A DNA stretch of 64,000 bases. Source: Squalus acanthias (lineage: Eukaryota). Below, piece after piece: positions 1 through 11,414 of the stretch; positions within the stretch are counted from its first letter, which is position 1, and every line of letters begins with the position of its first letter. The DNA is taken from NCBI GenBank assembly GCA_030390025.1, contig CM059432.1, forward strand, positions 130,140,001 through 130,204,000. The letters are read 5' to 3'. A model generated the notes under the pieces. The model was not told the DNA's origin. It saw only the letters and a list, made by a program, of their open reading frames with translations, and did no database searches. Both the position numbers and the translations under genes were made by a program.

Positions 1-654
1 TGTGCAAAGTTTTATTTCCAAATAATTATAATTTTTCAGTCAATCTTTCATCACAGGTTGGGGTGAAAATGAGCATTTATTCCACACATTCAATGTTCAG
101 AACATAACAGAACTCACACTGACTCCCTTTTTCAGACACGTGTCTTCTTGTAATTGCTTTCTCCCTGTTATTTAACAAAAATGAAAAATGTTCGAAAGGC
201 ATTTTAGAGAAACTGCTGTGAGGGAGGAGATAGGTTTTAAAAATTATTTCATTGCCAAGCAAGAGGCCTGCTGCATCTTTAGCGCATAAACAAATTTCAA
301 ACTAATCCAATAGTCAATGCAGTTAAGTTGTAAACATTCAGTAATATTAATCCAGTCCCGAATTCTCTTAAACAAGTTCAGTACAAGCTTATTAACTTCC
401 CACGGCTTTTGCTGCATTATCTGAACTGTTTTAATTAAAACCTCACAATGGCTGACAGATAGCTTTCAGTGAGTGATCATTGCAGGCCATCTGCAGTTCC
501 TATCCTCCTAAATGAATATTGGTAGCATAACAGATTTGTGACAATAAAATCACAGGATTCATGAGTACATGAATGGAAGAGTCAATCCGTCAGTCTCCTT
601 TTGTCAGAAAGCAGCTGATAAAAGCAACTGCTTATGACACATCTTTGCAAATGA

Positions 655-914
655 CATAGAAATTACAGTACAACTGGTCCATGCCGATGTTTATGCTCCA
701 GACGAGCCTCTTCCCACCCTATTTCATCTAACCCTATCCTTCTATATCTTTCTCCCTCATGTTATTCACCTCAACTACTCCTTGTGGTAGCAAGTTCGAC
801 ATTCTAACCATTCTCTGGGTAAAGAAGTTTCTCCTGAATTCCTTATTCGATTTATTAGTGACTATCTTAAATTTATGTCCCTTCGTTTTGAACGCCCCCA
901 CAGGTGGAAACATC
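655..914 (-). mobile_element. CR1 LINE 3' fragment (left part, split by Harbinger A)
   Basis: Resembles the CR1 3' region at 57139-57480 (e.g. ctctgggtaaagaagtttctcctgaattcc). It breaks at ...gtggaaacATC and resumes at 6740. Confidence 0.8.
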
Positions 915-1478
915 GGGAGTTAAATTGGATAACCCCCGAAAATGAGTGTGGGAAACGCGGTATGCAATTAACTCACTCCCGTTCATTGCGTTGCAAGCAG
1001 CATGTTAAATTGGTGCTGCCTGTTGTTGATTGCTGCATATAGCCAGCACTACTCGCTCTGTTCATTGACTGCATGCATCAGCAGGGGGCCCGATATCGCG
1101 AGTGGCTAGCGCGACTTAAAGGCAGCCGGCGCCTCTTAAAGGGGAGGTGCATTGTGGCTGAAAGAAGTGGTGGGAGTCGTTTGAAAAATGAATCTGTGCT
1201 GTGATACTTTGAGGAATGGCTGAGCATGCACCAAGGTTTTCTATCAATGCACTGGAGGTCTTAGTGGAATAAATGGAAAGAAGGAGATACATCCTGTATC
1301 CGCAGGGGGCCAGGCGGCCCTACAGACAGCTGCTCAGATGCAGACAGGAGGCAGTGGGGAAGAAGTAGTGGCGGAGGCCAATGCCAGGAGTGTTGCTCCA
1401 AGAACATGGATGCAGTGCAGGAAGAAGTTTAACGATCTGACACGAGTTGTCAAGGTGAGTGATTTTATCTTCAAATAG

Positions 1479-3082
1479 TGAAGGGAAATCTATTTTAAAC
1501 ATCCCTGACAACAAGAAGAACTTTAATACAAAAGAGAACTTTTAATGATGGCTATACCACTTTAAAATGTAAATTGAGAACAGGAATATGGAGGAACATT
1601 TTTAACAGACATTACTCAGATAGCCCTTGTCACCCAGCAGCCATCTGCTAGCTTGATGTGGTGGCTGGAAGAGTGTTGGCACACTGGTCTGGTGCAGGAT
1701 GAAGGCATTGTGGCTGCTGCCAGGATAGCGGGTATTGACGGTGAGGATGTGTTGTCTGTGGTCACACACCAACTGCACATTAAGTGAGTGGTAGCCTTTG
1801 CGGTTACGGAATACCTCAGGATTGTTATGAGGTGCCCGCAAAGCGACATGGGTGCAGTCAATGGCGCCCTGCACCATGGGGAAGCCCGCTATCCTGGCCA
1901 AGCTACATGCATGTTCGCACTGCTTCTCTCTGGTCAAGTAGAGAGCACCTGTGACCTCGCGGATGCAGCAATGGACGGCGAACTCAATATGTTAGATATG
2001 TCTCCTGTTGTACACTGCAAGGATCCGCTGGCGTAGAAATTGAGGGCGACGGTGACCTTGACTGCCACTGAGAGAGCCGTGGTGCTCCTGATGTGAGGCT
2101 CGAGGTCTGGCTGCAGGAGGTGGCAGAGCTCTGTGGCCACGTCCTTGGTGAAGCGGAGCCTTCTAACACACTGCTCCTCAGTGAGATTGATGTAGGAGAA
2201 ATGCTGCCGGAATACCCTGTGAGGGTAAGACCTCCTGTTGAGAGCCCTGTTGGCCCTCCTCCCTCTGGCCACATTTTGCAATTTTTCTCTCTGCCTCCGC
2301 TGCCTCCAACAGTGACGCTGGAGGACGCAGCCCAGTGCCAGTACAGCCCCCATTCAATTATGGAAATATTGCACGATCAAATGTAGCCCAAATGAAAGTG
2401 ATACATTTTTCACAGCCAGAATACTCCTTCAAGTTGAGAAGGCTCAAATTGCTCAAAACGCCTATTTGCTTTTGTCAAACTGACAAGGCAGCATTCTCTG
2501 CCTCAGATGCAAGCCAAATTTGCCTTTATATAAGCGCTCCTCCAGCGCTCATCCAACTGCATTCCACCTCCTCTACCTGTCGTTGCTAACGGCAGGCGCT
2601 CAGGCAGGGGGCGAGAGTGAATTTCAGAGCCGGGGCGCTGCGCACCCAGATGATGTCACGATCTCCAGCCACAGGAGAGCGTGGCGCCAGTGGTTACCTC
2701 CGCCGCAAACATCCACTTCAGTTTCACGAGCGTCGGTCCTATCGCCGCGCCCAGGTCGCTAAGCTGGTAGCGCCCCATTAGCGCCCTCTGGAGGCACTAA
2801 CAGGAGGCGCTAAGGTGCCCAATTTCTCCCCCCTAGTTTTTTACTGCAGTCGGCCAGGATAAACGTATCCTGGTCTAACGAAGAGAAGACGTCTAAAGAT
2901 TCCAACAGACTTTGGTCATCGGGCAGTTGAAGACTCCAGGACAGGTTAAGTGCATTTTTATTTAATCTGTGTGTTAGTAGTTAAATAAAAGATCTCTGTG
3001 GCTTTATGCTAAAGTGAATTCAGGTCTACGAACCCTATAACACCTAATATGGGAGATGTGAAAGTCGTAAATAATTCTTACA
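1479..3082 (+). mobile_element. Solo LTR inside intron 1 of the Harbinger A Myb gene (itself interrupted at 1619-2832)
   Basis: TG...CA termini (TGAAGGGAA / ATTCTTACA), 4-bp TSD ATAG (1475-1478, 3083-3086), and AATAAA near 2984. Confidence 0.7.
1619..2832 (-). mobile_element. Harbinger copy B (one TIR plus the 5' two-thirds of the transposase), same family as copy D
   Basis: TIR AATTTCTCCCCC at 2821-2832. ORFs 1934-2353 and 1602-1937 encode HARBI1-like motifs (GAIDCTHV, NRKGYHSLNVQLVCDH, YPGSSH, LLGDKGY). Truncated at GDKGY. Confidence 0.9.
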
Positions 3083-4829
3083 ATAGCATATCCTACCAAC
3101 TGCACCAGTAGCCTCATCCAGTGCTCAATTCACTACACCCCCATCACCAACCTCAAAAACAAATTCTATCAATCAGTACTCAACCCTTCAAATCATGTGC
3201 TTCACCTCACCCTCACACACTTAGCACTGTTGCAAGCCTCGCACCCACAACTCACAGCTCGTACACACTGGCAGCTATTCAATAATGACAGCCACATCAG
3301 CCAAATGTATTGCAGGACATTTACTGACACAATTTCCTCTTTCTGGCAGGAGAAGGTGGCGCATAACAGCAGGCCACAGGAAAGAGCTGGAGGAGGACCA
3401 GCACGCCTGCCTGTTTTAACACCCATGGAGGAGACAGTGCTGGCCATCATGGGAAGGAGCAGCGCTGAGGCCGTGGCCACTGGCGGCACTGAGGGATCAA
3501 TAATGAGAGTATCTACATACCTAATCCTCCTTCTCTCATCCCACTTCTCCCTCATCCCACAATCTCTTCTGACTCACAAGCTGCAGAGGGTGTAAGCACA
3601 CACTTCTTACTTTCTCCTCTCCCCTCACCACAACCCAATCTTTGTAACCTTTTTCATTTCAGATAGAACTTGGACCTTCCCAGTCAGAGGAGGAAGAGGA
3701 AGAAGCCAGTGAAGATGAAGAGACACCGTCACTCAATCTTTCACTTGCAGCCACCAGCTCAGAGACTGACACTGCGCATATTTTAGAGGCTAGGATAGAG
3801 GAGGGATCTGCATGTGGTGAAGCACCGAGCACACGTGCGTACGAGCCAGGGCAGGGGGAAACGATCGCGCAGGTACCAACTCGCCGGAGGGCGAGGTCAT
3901 AGACTAGTTCTGCTGCAGAGAAGTCAGATGAGGACTTTGATGGGCTAGGTTACAGAAGAAGGTTGATGCGTTAACATAACTAAATGCTTGGTGCACTGGT
4001 AAACTTCCCAGAAAACCTGCGCACAATGTCAAGGAGCATGGAGGATTCCAGCACTGACTTGGCACAGGGTTTTGCGCAGAGCTTGGAGCCCATCCTTTCT
4101 AACATGGAACAGGTGACCACCTCCATCAACACACTTGTGGACCCAACCATGATGCAGCATCTGATGGCCGATATCTCAGCTTCCATTGCAGCACAAACAG
4201 CTTCCATCAAAGGTCTGAGTGCTGCAGTGGAAGCTCAGACTGCTGCCATCATGGCTCCGGATACGAGTGTTCAAAGGGACTTCCAGGGCATCACAGCAGT
4301 CCATCAATCTGTTGTCCAACAGATCAGCAGGATTGCTGAGGCGCCGCCCCTGGGAGAGTGGTAGTGGCACATTGGAGCATGAACCTGATGTCCTCTCTCA
4401 GGATGACAGCATTCCTGCTCCCGCCTCTGCCACTCCACCAATGCCCTTGTCTGTTAGCCAGCCAGCCCAGACTGCTGCAGCCCAGGCCAAGATGGTGAAG
4501 TCTGAAGCACTGCCCTCTAGGCCTAGAGCTGCTCAAGGTCGTCATCCAAGGTCATCTGCAGTCTCCTCAATTGAAGGGCAGCAGCATTCCACCACACATG
4601 CTGCAGCCACTGGGGAAGCACCTCGTAGGAGCACACGGAAGACAGGCACTAAGGGGATATACAAGGGTGATTATTTTAATTTTGTATGCATTATGTCCTG
4701 ACTTAATTTATAAAATTGGATTTAAATGTGGATTTTCTGGTGGATTTCATTTTTGAGTTGTTGGAAAGAGGACGATGTGATGGTCAGTGATAGAGGAAAG
4801 GTTGAGGTTGCTGGTATTGCTCAACAATA

Positions 4830-6215
4830 ATGTGATCACATAGAGCCCGTTCAGAAAGGGACTATCTACATTGTAGCCTCCCTTCCTCTTCATGTTCCTC
4901 CACTTCCTGTTGCACTTCCTCCTCCTCCGCCTCCTCCTCCTCCTCCTCCGCTTCTCGCCTGATAGGTGGTGGCAAGGGCTGTTCCCTCATAATGGCCAGG
5001 TTGTGCAGTATGCAGCATACTACTACAAATCTTGAGGCTCACTCGCTGGGCTCCTCCAGAGCGGTCCAGGCAGCGGAAGCATTGCCTGAGGATGCTGATG
5101 GTGTGCTCTATAATGTTCCTTGTGGCAGCTTGGCTCTCATTGCCTGCCTACTGTGCACGTGTGCATGGGTTCCTGACTGGAATCATGAGCCATGCCATGA
5201 TGGGTACCCCTTGTCGCCCAGTAGCTAGCCATTAACTGGCCATGGTGGTTCAAATACAAGTGGAACAAAGGACTGCCGCAGAATGAAGGAATCATGACTA
5301 CTGCCAGGATAATGGGCATTCACCTGTATGATGCGCTGCCTGTGGTCGCACACCAGCTGCACATTGAGGGAGTGGAATCCCTTCTGGTTCAGGAAAATGA
5401 CAGAGTTCACATGAATCACAGAATCCCCACAGTGCAGATAGACGCCATTTCGGCCCATCGAGCCTGCACCGACACATATCCCACCCTATCCCCGTAACCC
5501 CACGTATTTAATCCCCCTAACACTAAGTGTCAATTTATCATAGCCAAATCAACCTAACCCGCACATCTTTGGACTGTGGGAGAAAACTGGAGCACCCGGA
5601 GGAAACCCACGCAGACACGGGGAGAATGTGCAAACTCCACACAGACAGTCACCCGAGGCCGGATTCGAACCCGGGTCCCTGGCGCTGTGAGGCAACAGTG
5701 CTAACCACTATGCCACCGTGTTGCGCATACAAGGCAATGTGCATGCAGTCAGTGGCACCCTGCATCATGGGGAAGCATGCAATCCATGCAAACCCTTGTG
5801 CTCGGTTCGCCTGCTTGCCTCTGGCAAAAAGGAATGAGATGAAGCGGTCTCTCTGTTTATAGAGAGCCCCAGTGACCTCCCATATACAGCGGTGCACTAC
5901 AACCTGCGAGATGTTACTTATATTGCCATCAACAGCCTGAAAGGAGCCAGACTCATAAAAGTTAGGAGCCACAGTCACCTTGTCCTGCTTTGAGGCTGCA
6001 GCAGTTGACAGATTTCACTCACAACCTCTTTTGTGAAGCAAAGACGTCTCAAGCATTGGTCCTCACTGAAGTTAAGTTTAGAGAACTTCTCCCTCGGCGA
6101 TATGGCCTTCTGCTGAGAGCCCTTCTCCTCTTCCCTCTTCTAGCAGCTTGTCCTGCTCTGCCAGGCCTCTCTTCATTCTCCCAGTCATGCTCAACTCCAG
6201 AGGAAGCCCTACCAG
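4830..6215 (-). pseudogene. Harbinger DDE transposase of copy A (disrupted, SINE-interrupted)
   Basis: Fragments ACFPMMQGATDCMHIAL and NQKGFHSLNVQLVCDHRQRIIQVNAHYPGSSHDSFILRQS, plus an acidic GAG-repeat tail near 4880-4955. Confidence 0.85.
5413..5724 (-). mobile_element. HE1-type tRNA-derived V-SINE
   Basis: The minus strand starts GCAACACGGTGGCATAGTGGTTAGCAC (A box) and has GGTTCGAATCC (B box). It contains the V-domain-like core GTGTCTGCGTGGGTTTCCTCCGGGTGCTCC and a CR1-like 3' tail. Confidence 0.9.
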
Positions 6216-6739
6216 GCCACACATATCTGGAAGCAACTTCTTTCAGCACAAAATTTTAAATGATTAAAAAAAGTACTTCAAGAGCAGCTGGACCATTCCC
6301 TGTAGACTATTTAAACTTTAGCCAAGTATAGCAAAGCTCCAAAAACACGTAGTATTGCACCAGCAACCAGAAGAAATATTCCAGCAACTAACCTGTAAGT
6401 AGTTCATGATCCCTTTAAATAGCGCTGGTGGGGGGGGGTCCTTCATTCCGTTTAACGTTGTGTTCAGCTGTGCGAGGTTAAGATAGGGCACTGGCAGAAC
6501 TATGGCATTCGAAAATTGCGGTGGTTTCAAATCAGCGCTGCACACTGATTCGCGTCATCATCTCACTGCTCTGCATGCTGCCGGCGATCGTTAGATACAC
6601 ACACGCAAACCCCTTTACCAAGATGTCCTCCTGCGCACTTCCCATTGGAGGTGTGTGTGCGCATCTCAGACCCCATTTTCAAATCTTATGTGGCCGCAGC
6701 ACCCAAGCAACTGGTGCTACATGGCTCAATTTAGCCCCC

Positions 6740-6862
6740 ATCTTCTCCACGTCTACCCTATCAAACCCTTTCATAATTTTAAAGACCTCTATTAGGTCAC
6801 CCCTCAGTCTTCTCTCTTTTCTAGAGAAAACAGCCCAAGCCTGCTCAATCTTTCCTGATAGT
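6740..6862 (-). mobile_element. CR1 LINE fragment (right part, continuation of 655-914)
   Basis: atcttctccacgtctaccctatcaaaccc...aagacctctattaggtcacccctcag is collinear with the CR1 at about 57470-57590. Confidence 0.8.
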
Positions 6863-7522
6863 TATTGTATAAGGATATATTGTATGATTAAAAACATGGG
6901 CGCAACAGGAGCAAGAGTGTAGCAGACTGTGTCAAAAGATGCACAAGTACCCAGTTGAGCTTGCTGAATTTGTGAATTTAAGCTGCAACATGATTGGAAA
7001 TGATTAATTTAGCAATTTTCTGAATATTATAGTATTACAGCTATCAAGAAAAGTTACTTCCAGATACGTCATAATAAAGCTCCCGGTAGAATTTCCTCTT
7101 TTGCCAGCACTGAATGACACGTAACAATTGGTAAAGTGCTAGAAGGACAATATCAATAAACCAAGGCTATAATCAGCCTTTCTTCCTGTCAATATAGAGA
7201 TGAGAAAAAAACAAGTCTAGTTCAGTAGAAAATAATTGGAAATTGATTTTATGTAGTCTACTTGTGATCTTATAACGTTTCTGGGAGTGTGTTTAAGATT
7301 TAGATCTCTCGAGGTGCGTTACCCTGATGTTGTGTTTGGATAGCGTGGCCCTATCAGTTTGCTACTCCAAGCAGAGCTCACACTAAATGTGGTTTTTCAT
7401 AATTGTGCAACACTGAAACAGTTCTCAAATTTTTGTTTACTTCTCACATGAAAACAATCAATTTTCTTGCAAGCACAAACCTGAAAGTAACTCCTTCAAA
7501 CGGTTTGCTTAAATGATGTTAC

Positions 7523-7763
7523 TGTTGAGGCTGCCGCGAAACACGAATTAAGGCTGCATCCATGTGCGGAAAACAAGAGACCTTTTTAATACAACTGCAT
7601 GGTACAAAATGGCTGAACAGCAAGCCCCCAGAATTCTCTGGAAAAATCCTGAGGCCCCGCCCACTCCTGCCTTAAAGGTAAGGTGCCTTAAAGGGAAGGT
7701 GCTCGATATTATGTCCACGGACGGAAGAGTGGATTATGCCCGTTTAGGTGGCGATCCGCCACA
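7523..7763 (-). repeat. 3' LTR of the Gypsy element
   Basis: TGTTGAGG...CGCCACA. I count 6 substitutions against the other LTR. The adjacent polypurine tract is TTCTGGGGGGAGCTG (minus strand, about 7764-7778). Confidence 0.95.
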
Positions 7764-7783
7764 CAGCTCCCCCCAGAATCCGC

Positions 7784-10700
7784 TTAGGAGGTGTGGACGA
7801 GACGGTGCGATGGTCTGATGGGCTGGCTGGAGCGGCTATTGTAGGACGCCGGTGGACGTGGAACGGCCGGGCGTGGAGCAGCCGGGTGAACCGGCTTGAG
7901 GGCAGGTCGACCGCGTGGAGGTGGACGAGCTACAGGGACCTGCTCACCGGGCTCCGAGTGTGCTGGCTTGAGTCGGTCAACCGAAACTTTTTCGGTCCTG
8001 TCGCCCACTTGCAGGGTGAAAAATTTGTCCCCAGCCTGTAGCACCTTGTAGGGCCCGTCGTACGGGGGTTGAAGGGGTCCGCGGTGGGCGTCGTGCCGGA
8101 CGAAAACAAACCGTGCCTGGTGCAGGCTTAGTGGGACGTGTGAGGTGGATTCGCCGTGTCGGGCAATGGGCACCGGGGCGAAGTCGTGGCGTTGCTGGTC
8201 GGCTGACCAGGGTGTCGTGGCGGTGGGCAGGAACTCGCCGGGTATGCACAGCAGCTGACCGTACACGAGCTCTGCTGCCGATGCGTGGAGGTCTTCTTTA
8301 ACCGCGGTGCGCAGGCCGAGGAGGACCCACGGAAGTCGGTCGTCCAGGCGCCGTCCTGTCGGAGGGGACGCCGAACCGTGCGACCCAGGTACTGACGAAG
8401 GCTCTGGCGATGTCGGCGGTGGTGGTAGAGGTCAGTGGAATTGCCTCGGGCCAGCGTGTGGTGCGGTCAACGATCGTCAGCAAGTGCGTGTGGCCTTGCG
8501 ACGGCGGCAGGGGCCCGACGATGTCCACGTGGATGTGGTCGAATCTCCGCGAGGGGACGGTAAACTCCTCGAGGGGTGCTTTCGTGCGTTGCTGTATCTT
8601 GGCCCGTTGGCAGGCTAGGCAGGAGTTGACCCAAGTACGCACATCCTTGCGAAGGCCGCGCCAGACGAAGCGGTTGGCTACCAATTTGATGGATGCACGG
8701 GCGCCGGGGTGGGAGAGGTTGTGGAGAATGTCGAATACCCGGCGGCACCAGGACGCTGGGACAATGGGCCGAGGTTGACATAGGGATATGTCGCACTTGA
8801 CCGTGACTGCGGTCGGGCCACAGGCGACGTCGGCCAGGCATAGCCCTGGTAGGTTGGTGGGTGCGGAGAGCAGATCAGGGTCGGTGATCTGGTCTGCTGC
8901 GAGTTGAGCATATTCGACTGCCAGGTGTGCGGCATGGATGGCAGGGCGGGAGAGGCAGTCGGCTACCACATTGTCTCGGCCGGAGACGTGTTGGATGTCC
9001 GTGGTGAACTCGGACACTGCCGCGAGCTGGCGCTGCTGCCTGGCGGACCAGGGGTCGGTTGTCTTTGCCATTGCGAATGTCAGGGGCTTGTGGTCGACAA
9101 ACGCAGTGAAGGGGTAGCCCTCAAGCAAAAACCGGAAATGGCGGACCGCCAGGAACAGCGCGAGGAGCTCGTGGTCGAAGGTGCTGTACTTGACCTCCGG
9201 GGGGCGTAGTTGGTGGCTGAAGAAGGCAAGTGGTTGCCAGGCGCCGTCAACCCACTGCTCATACACGGCGCCAACCGCGTGGTCGGAGGCGTCCGTGGTG
9301 AGCGCTACCCTGGCATTGGGCCATGGGTGCACGAGCAGGGTGGCGTTGGCGAGTGCGGTCTTGGTGCAGTCGAAGGCGGTGCCGTCAATTCGACCGCCAT
9401 CTTGCCGCTCCTGCCCCGGAGGGCTTCATACAGGGGCCTCATGAGGGACGCCGCTTTGGGGATGAAGCGGTTATAGAAATTCACCATCCCGAGGAACTCC
9501 TGGAGGCCTTTGATGGTGGTGGGGCGGGGAAGTTGTTGGACGGCCTGCACCTTGGTGGGCAGGGGAATGGCCCCAGCATGGGTGATGTGGTGGCCGAGGA
9601 AATCGATCTTGTTCAGGCCGAACTGGCATTTGGCTGGGCTGAGGATGAGCCCGTGGTCGCTGATGCGAAGGTGTTCGAGGTGTTCCTGCTTGGAGGAACT
9701 GGCTACCATGATGTCGTCCAGGTAGACGAACAGGAACTTCAGGTCCCGAAGGACCGAGTCCATGAGCCGTTGGAATGCCTGGGCCGCGTTTTTGAGGCCG
9801 AAGGGCATCCGCAGGAACTCGAACAGGCCGAAGGGGGTGATTACAGCCGTCTTGGGGACGTCCGCGGGGTGGACGGGGACTTGGTGGTAGCCGCGCACCA
9901 GGTCGACCTTGGAAAAGACTGAGCGGCTGGCCAGTCTAGCCGAGAAGTCCTGAATGTGCGGCACGGGGTACCGATCAGGGGTGGTGGCGTCGTTGAGGCG
10001 GCGGTAATCCCCGCAGGGGCGCCAACCTCCGCCTGGTTTGGGGGCGATGTGGAGTGGGGAGGCCCAGGGACTGTTGGAGCGGCGGATGATGCCGAGCTGT
10101 TCCATGGTGGCAAACTCGGTCCGCGCGATCTCCAGTTTGGTCGGGTCCAGCCTGCGGGCGTGGGCGTACACTGGGGGGCCTGTGGTGGGGATGAAATGTT
10201 CCACCCCGTGTTTGGCGGCCTCCGCGGAGAAGGTCGGATTGGTAAGGGCCGGGAATTCGGCCAGGAGTGCTGAGTAGTCATCCGTGGCCCGGGCGTGGCA
10301 CTGTGACGCCATGTCGGCAGGTTGACGGGGGGCCATGGCGCCCAGGATGGGGGACATGGTGTTCATGTCCACGAGGCGGTGTCGAGGGATGTCTACCAGT
10401 AGGCCGTGGGCGCACAGGAAATCTGCGCCGATGAGAGGGGAGAGCACCTTGGCAGTGATGAACTCCCATCGGTAGCGGCGACCAGCGAGGTCGAGGGTGA
10501 CTGTCCGGGTGCCATACGTCCGGATTTCCAAGCCGTTAGCAGCAGCCAGCGCCGGTCCTCGTTCGCCCTTTTGGATGTCGAGGGAGGAGGCCGGGATGAT
10601 GCTGTGCTGAGCCCCAGTGTCGCACAGGAACCGACGGCCGGTTTTGTCATCTGTGACGAACAGCAAGGAGCCCGCATGGCCCACGGCCATCGCGGGGGCT

Positions 10701-11374
10701 GGTACGGGGGCGGACTTCAAAGAGCAGGGAAGTGTGCACCGTTGTGCCCTGGCGCCGAACCGTGCGTGGTAGTAACAGTGGCCCGGGTTAGTGGGGCGTG
10801 AAGGCCCCGTGGGCCTGGTGGCAGGCCCTTGTGGCCGCGTGGTGGCCGGTGAGGGGCGCGCCCAGGCATTGGCTGCCAGGTCCGGAGTGACGTCGCGGCT
10901 GGAGTGAGCGGACAGCAGCTTGTCGGCCTCATCGCCCAGGGCTTCCAGGTTCATGAGGCCGGACGCCACGATCGCTGGGCGGATGCTGAGAGGGTGCTGG
11001 CGGATGAACAGCGTGCGGAAAAGGGATCCGGGTGGGCTCTCGTCGGTGAGGGAGAGGAGGTCTGACGGTGAGGCATCACCGAGGCCTGGAAGGTCGAGGA
11101 GGTGGCAGTTTCGCTGATATGCCGAGACCGTAAATTTTTTAAGGAGCGCTGTCATGAGATGTGCGTACTTGCCTTCCTCTGGTGGGTTCTGCAGCGCTGT
11201 CCAAACCTTAGAAACTGTGGCGCTACCGAGTGATGTGACGAGGTAGTCGTACTGCGTCCGATCTGTGGTGATGTTTCGCAGCCGGAAGCGAGATTCAGCT
11301 TGGAGAAACCAGGCTTCGGGCTGGTTTTCCCAAAACTCTGGCAGTTTCACAGAAACTGCGTTCGTGTCCGCCAT
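7784..11374 (-). pseudogene. gag-pol polyprotein (frameshifted and partly deleted)
   Basis: Gag VKLPEFWENQPEAWF and CYYHARFGARAQRCTLPC; protease FLCDTGAQHS; RT RMPFGLKNA and YLDD; RNase H TTDAS...ELLAL...VDHKPL; integrase H-H-C-C and HVDIVGPLP. There is a frameshift near 9390 and deletions in the integrase. Confidence 0.93.
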
Positions 11375-11400
11375 TGCAGTGCTCGGAATACGTTCTGAGT

Positions 11401-11413
11401 GTCGGGGTCACCA
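11401..11413 (-). promoter_or_regulatory. Primer-binding site, tRNA-Trp
   Basis: TGGTGACCCCGAC begins one nucleotide after the 5' LTR. It is complementary to the vertebrate tRNA-Trp 3' end (...GUCGGGGUCACCA). Confidence 0.88.
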
Positions 11414-11414
11414 A

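Larger units (their letters stand above)
1216..4701 (+). pseudogene. Harbinger Myb/SANT-like (trihelix) DNA-binding protein gene, 3 exons (about 1216-1454, 3350-3508, 3663-4701), disrupted
   Basis: Exon 1 reads MAEHAPRFSINALEVLVE*MERRRYILYP...RTWMQCRKKFNDLTRVVK followed by GTGAGT. Acceptors are ttctggcag|GAG (EKVAHNSRPQERAGGG...) and tttcag|AT. The rest is acidic, helical, then Pro/Ala-rich. Stops and frameshifts are present. Confidence 0.8.
915..6739. mobile_element. PIF/Harbinger DNA transposon, copy A (both ends present, degenerate, with nested inserts)
   Basis: Terminal inverted repeats GGGAGTTAAATTG (915) and CAATTTAGCCCCC (to 6739), with 3-bp TSD ATC (912-914, 6740-6742). Contains a Myb-like gene (+) and a DDE transposase (-) in convergent orientation. 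Confidence 0.9.

Noticed and set aside
5650..5724. tRNA gene (also the heads at 24948 and 34124)
   Set aside because: The A and B boxes continue directly into SINE body and tail sequence, so these are SINE heads.
7100..7215. Strong minus-strand splice acceptor near 7186
   Set aside because: All frames close within about 50 nt and there is no convincing donor.
7669..7697. CCTTAAAGG doublet in the Gypsy LTR resembling the CTTAAAGG doublet upstream of Harbinger Myb genes (1116-1145)
   Set aside because: It is a short, near-palindromic, TATA-like motif with no flanking homology, so probably convergent or chance.
7564..7818. Duplicated small ORFs (7564-7818 and 11456-11800) as a paralogous gene pair
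   Set aside because: They are incidental antisense frames across the two LTRs.
8113..11117. Numerous plus-strand ORFs over the Gypsy body
   Set aside because: They are shadow frames of GC-rich gag-pol sequence with no recognisable motifs.
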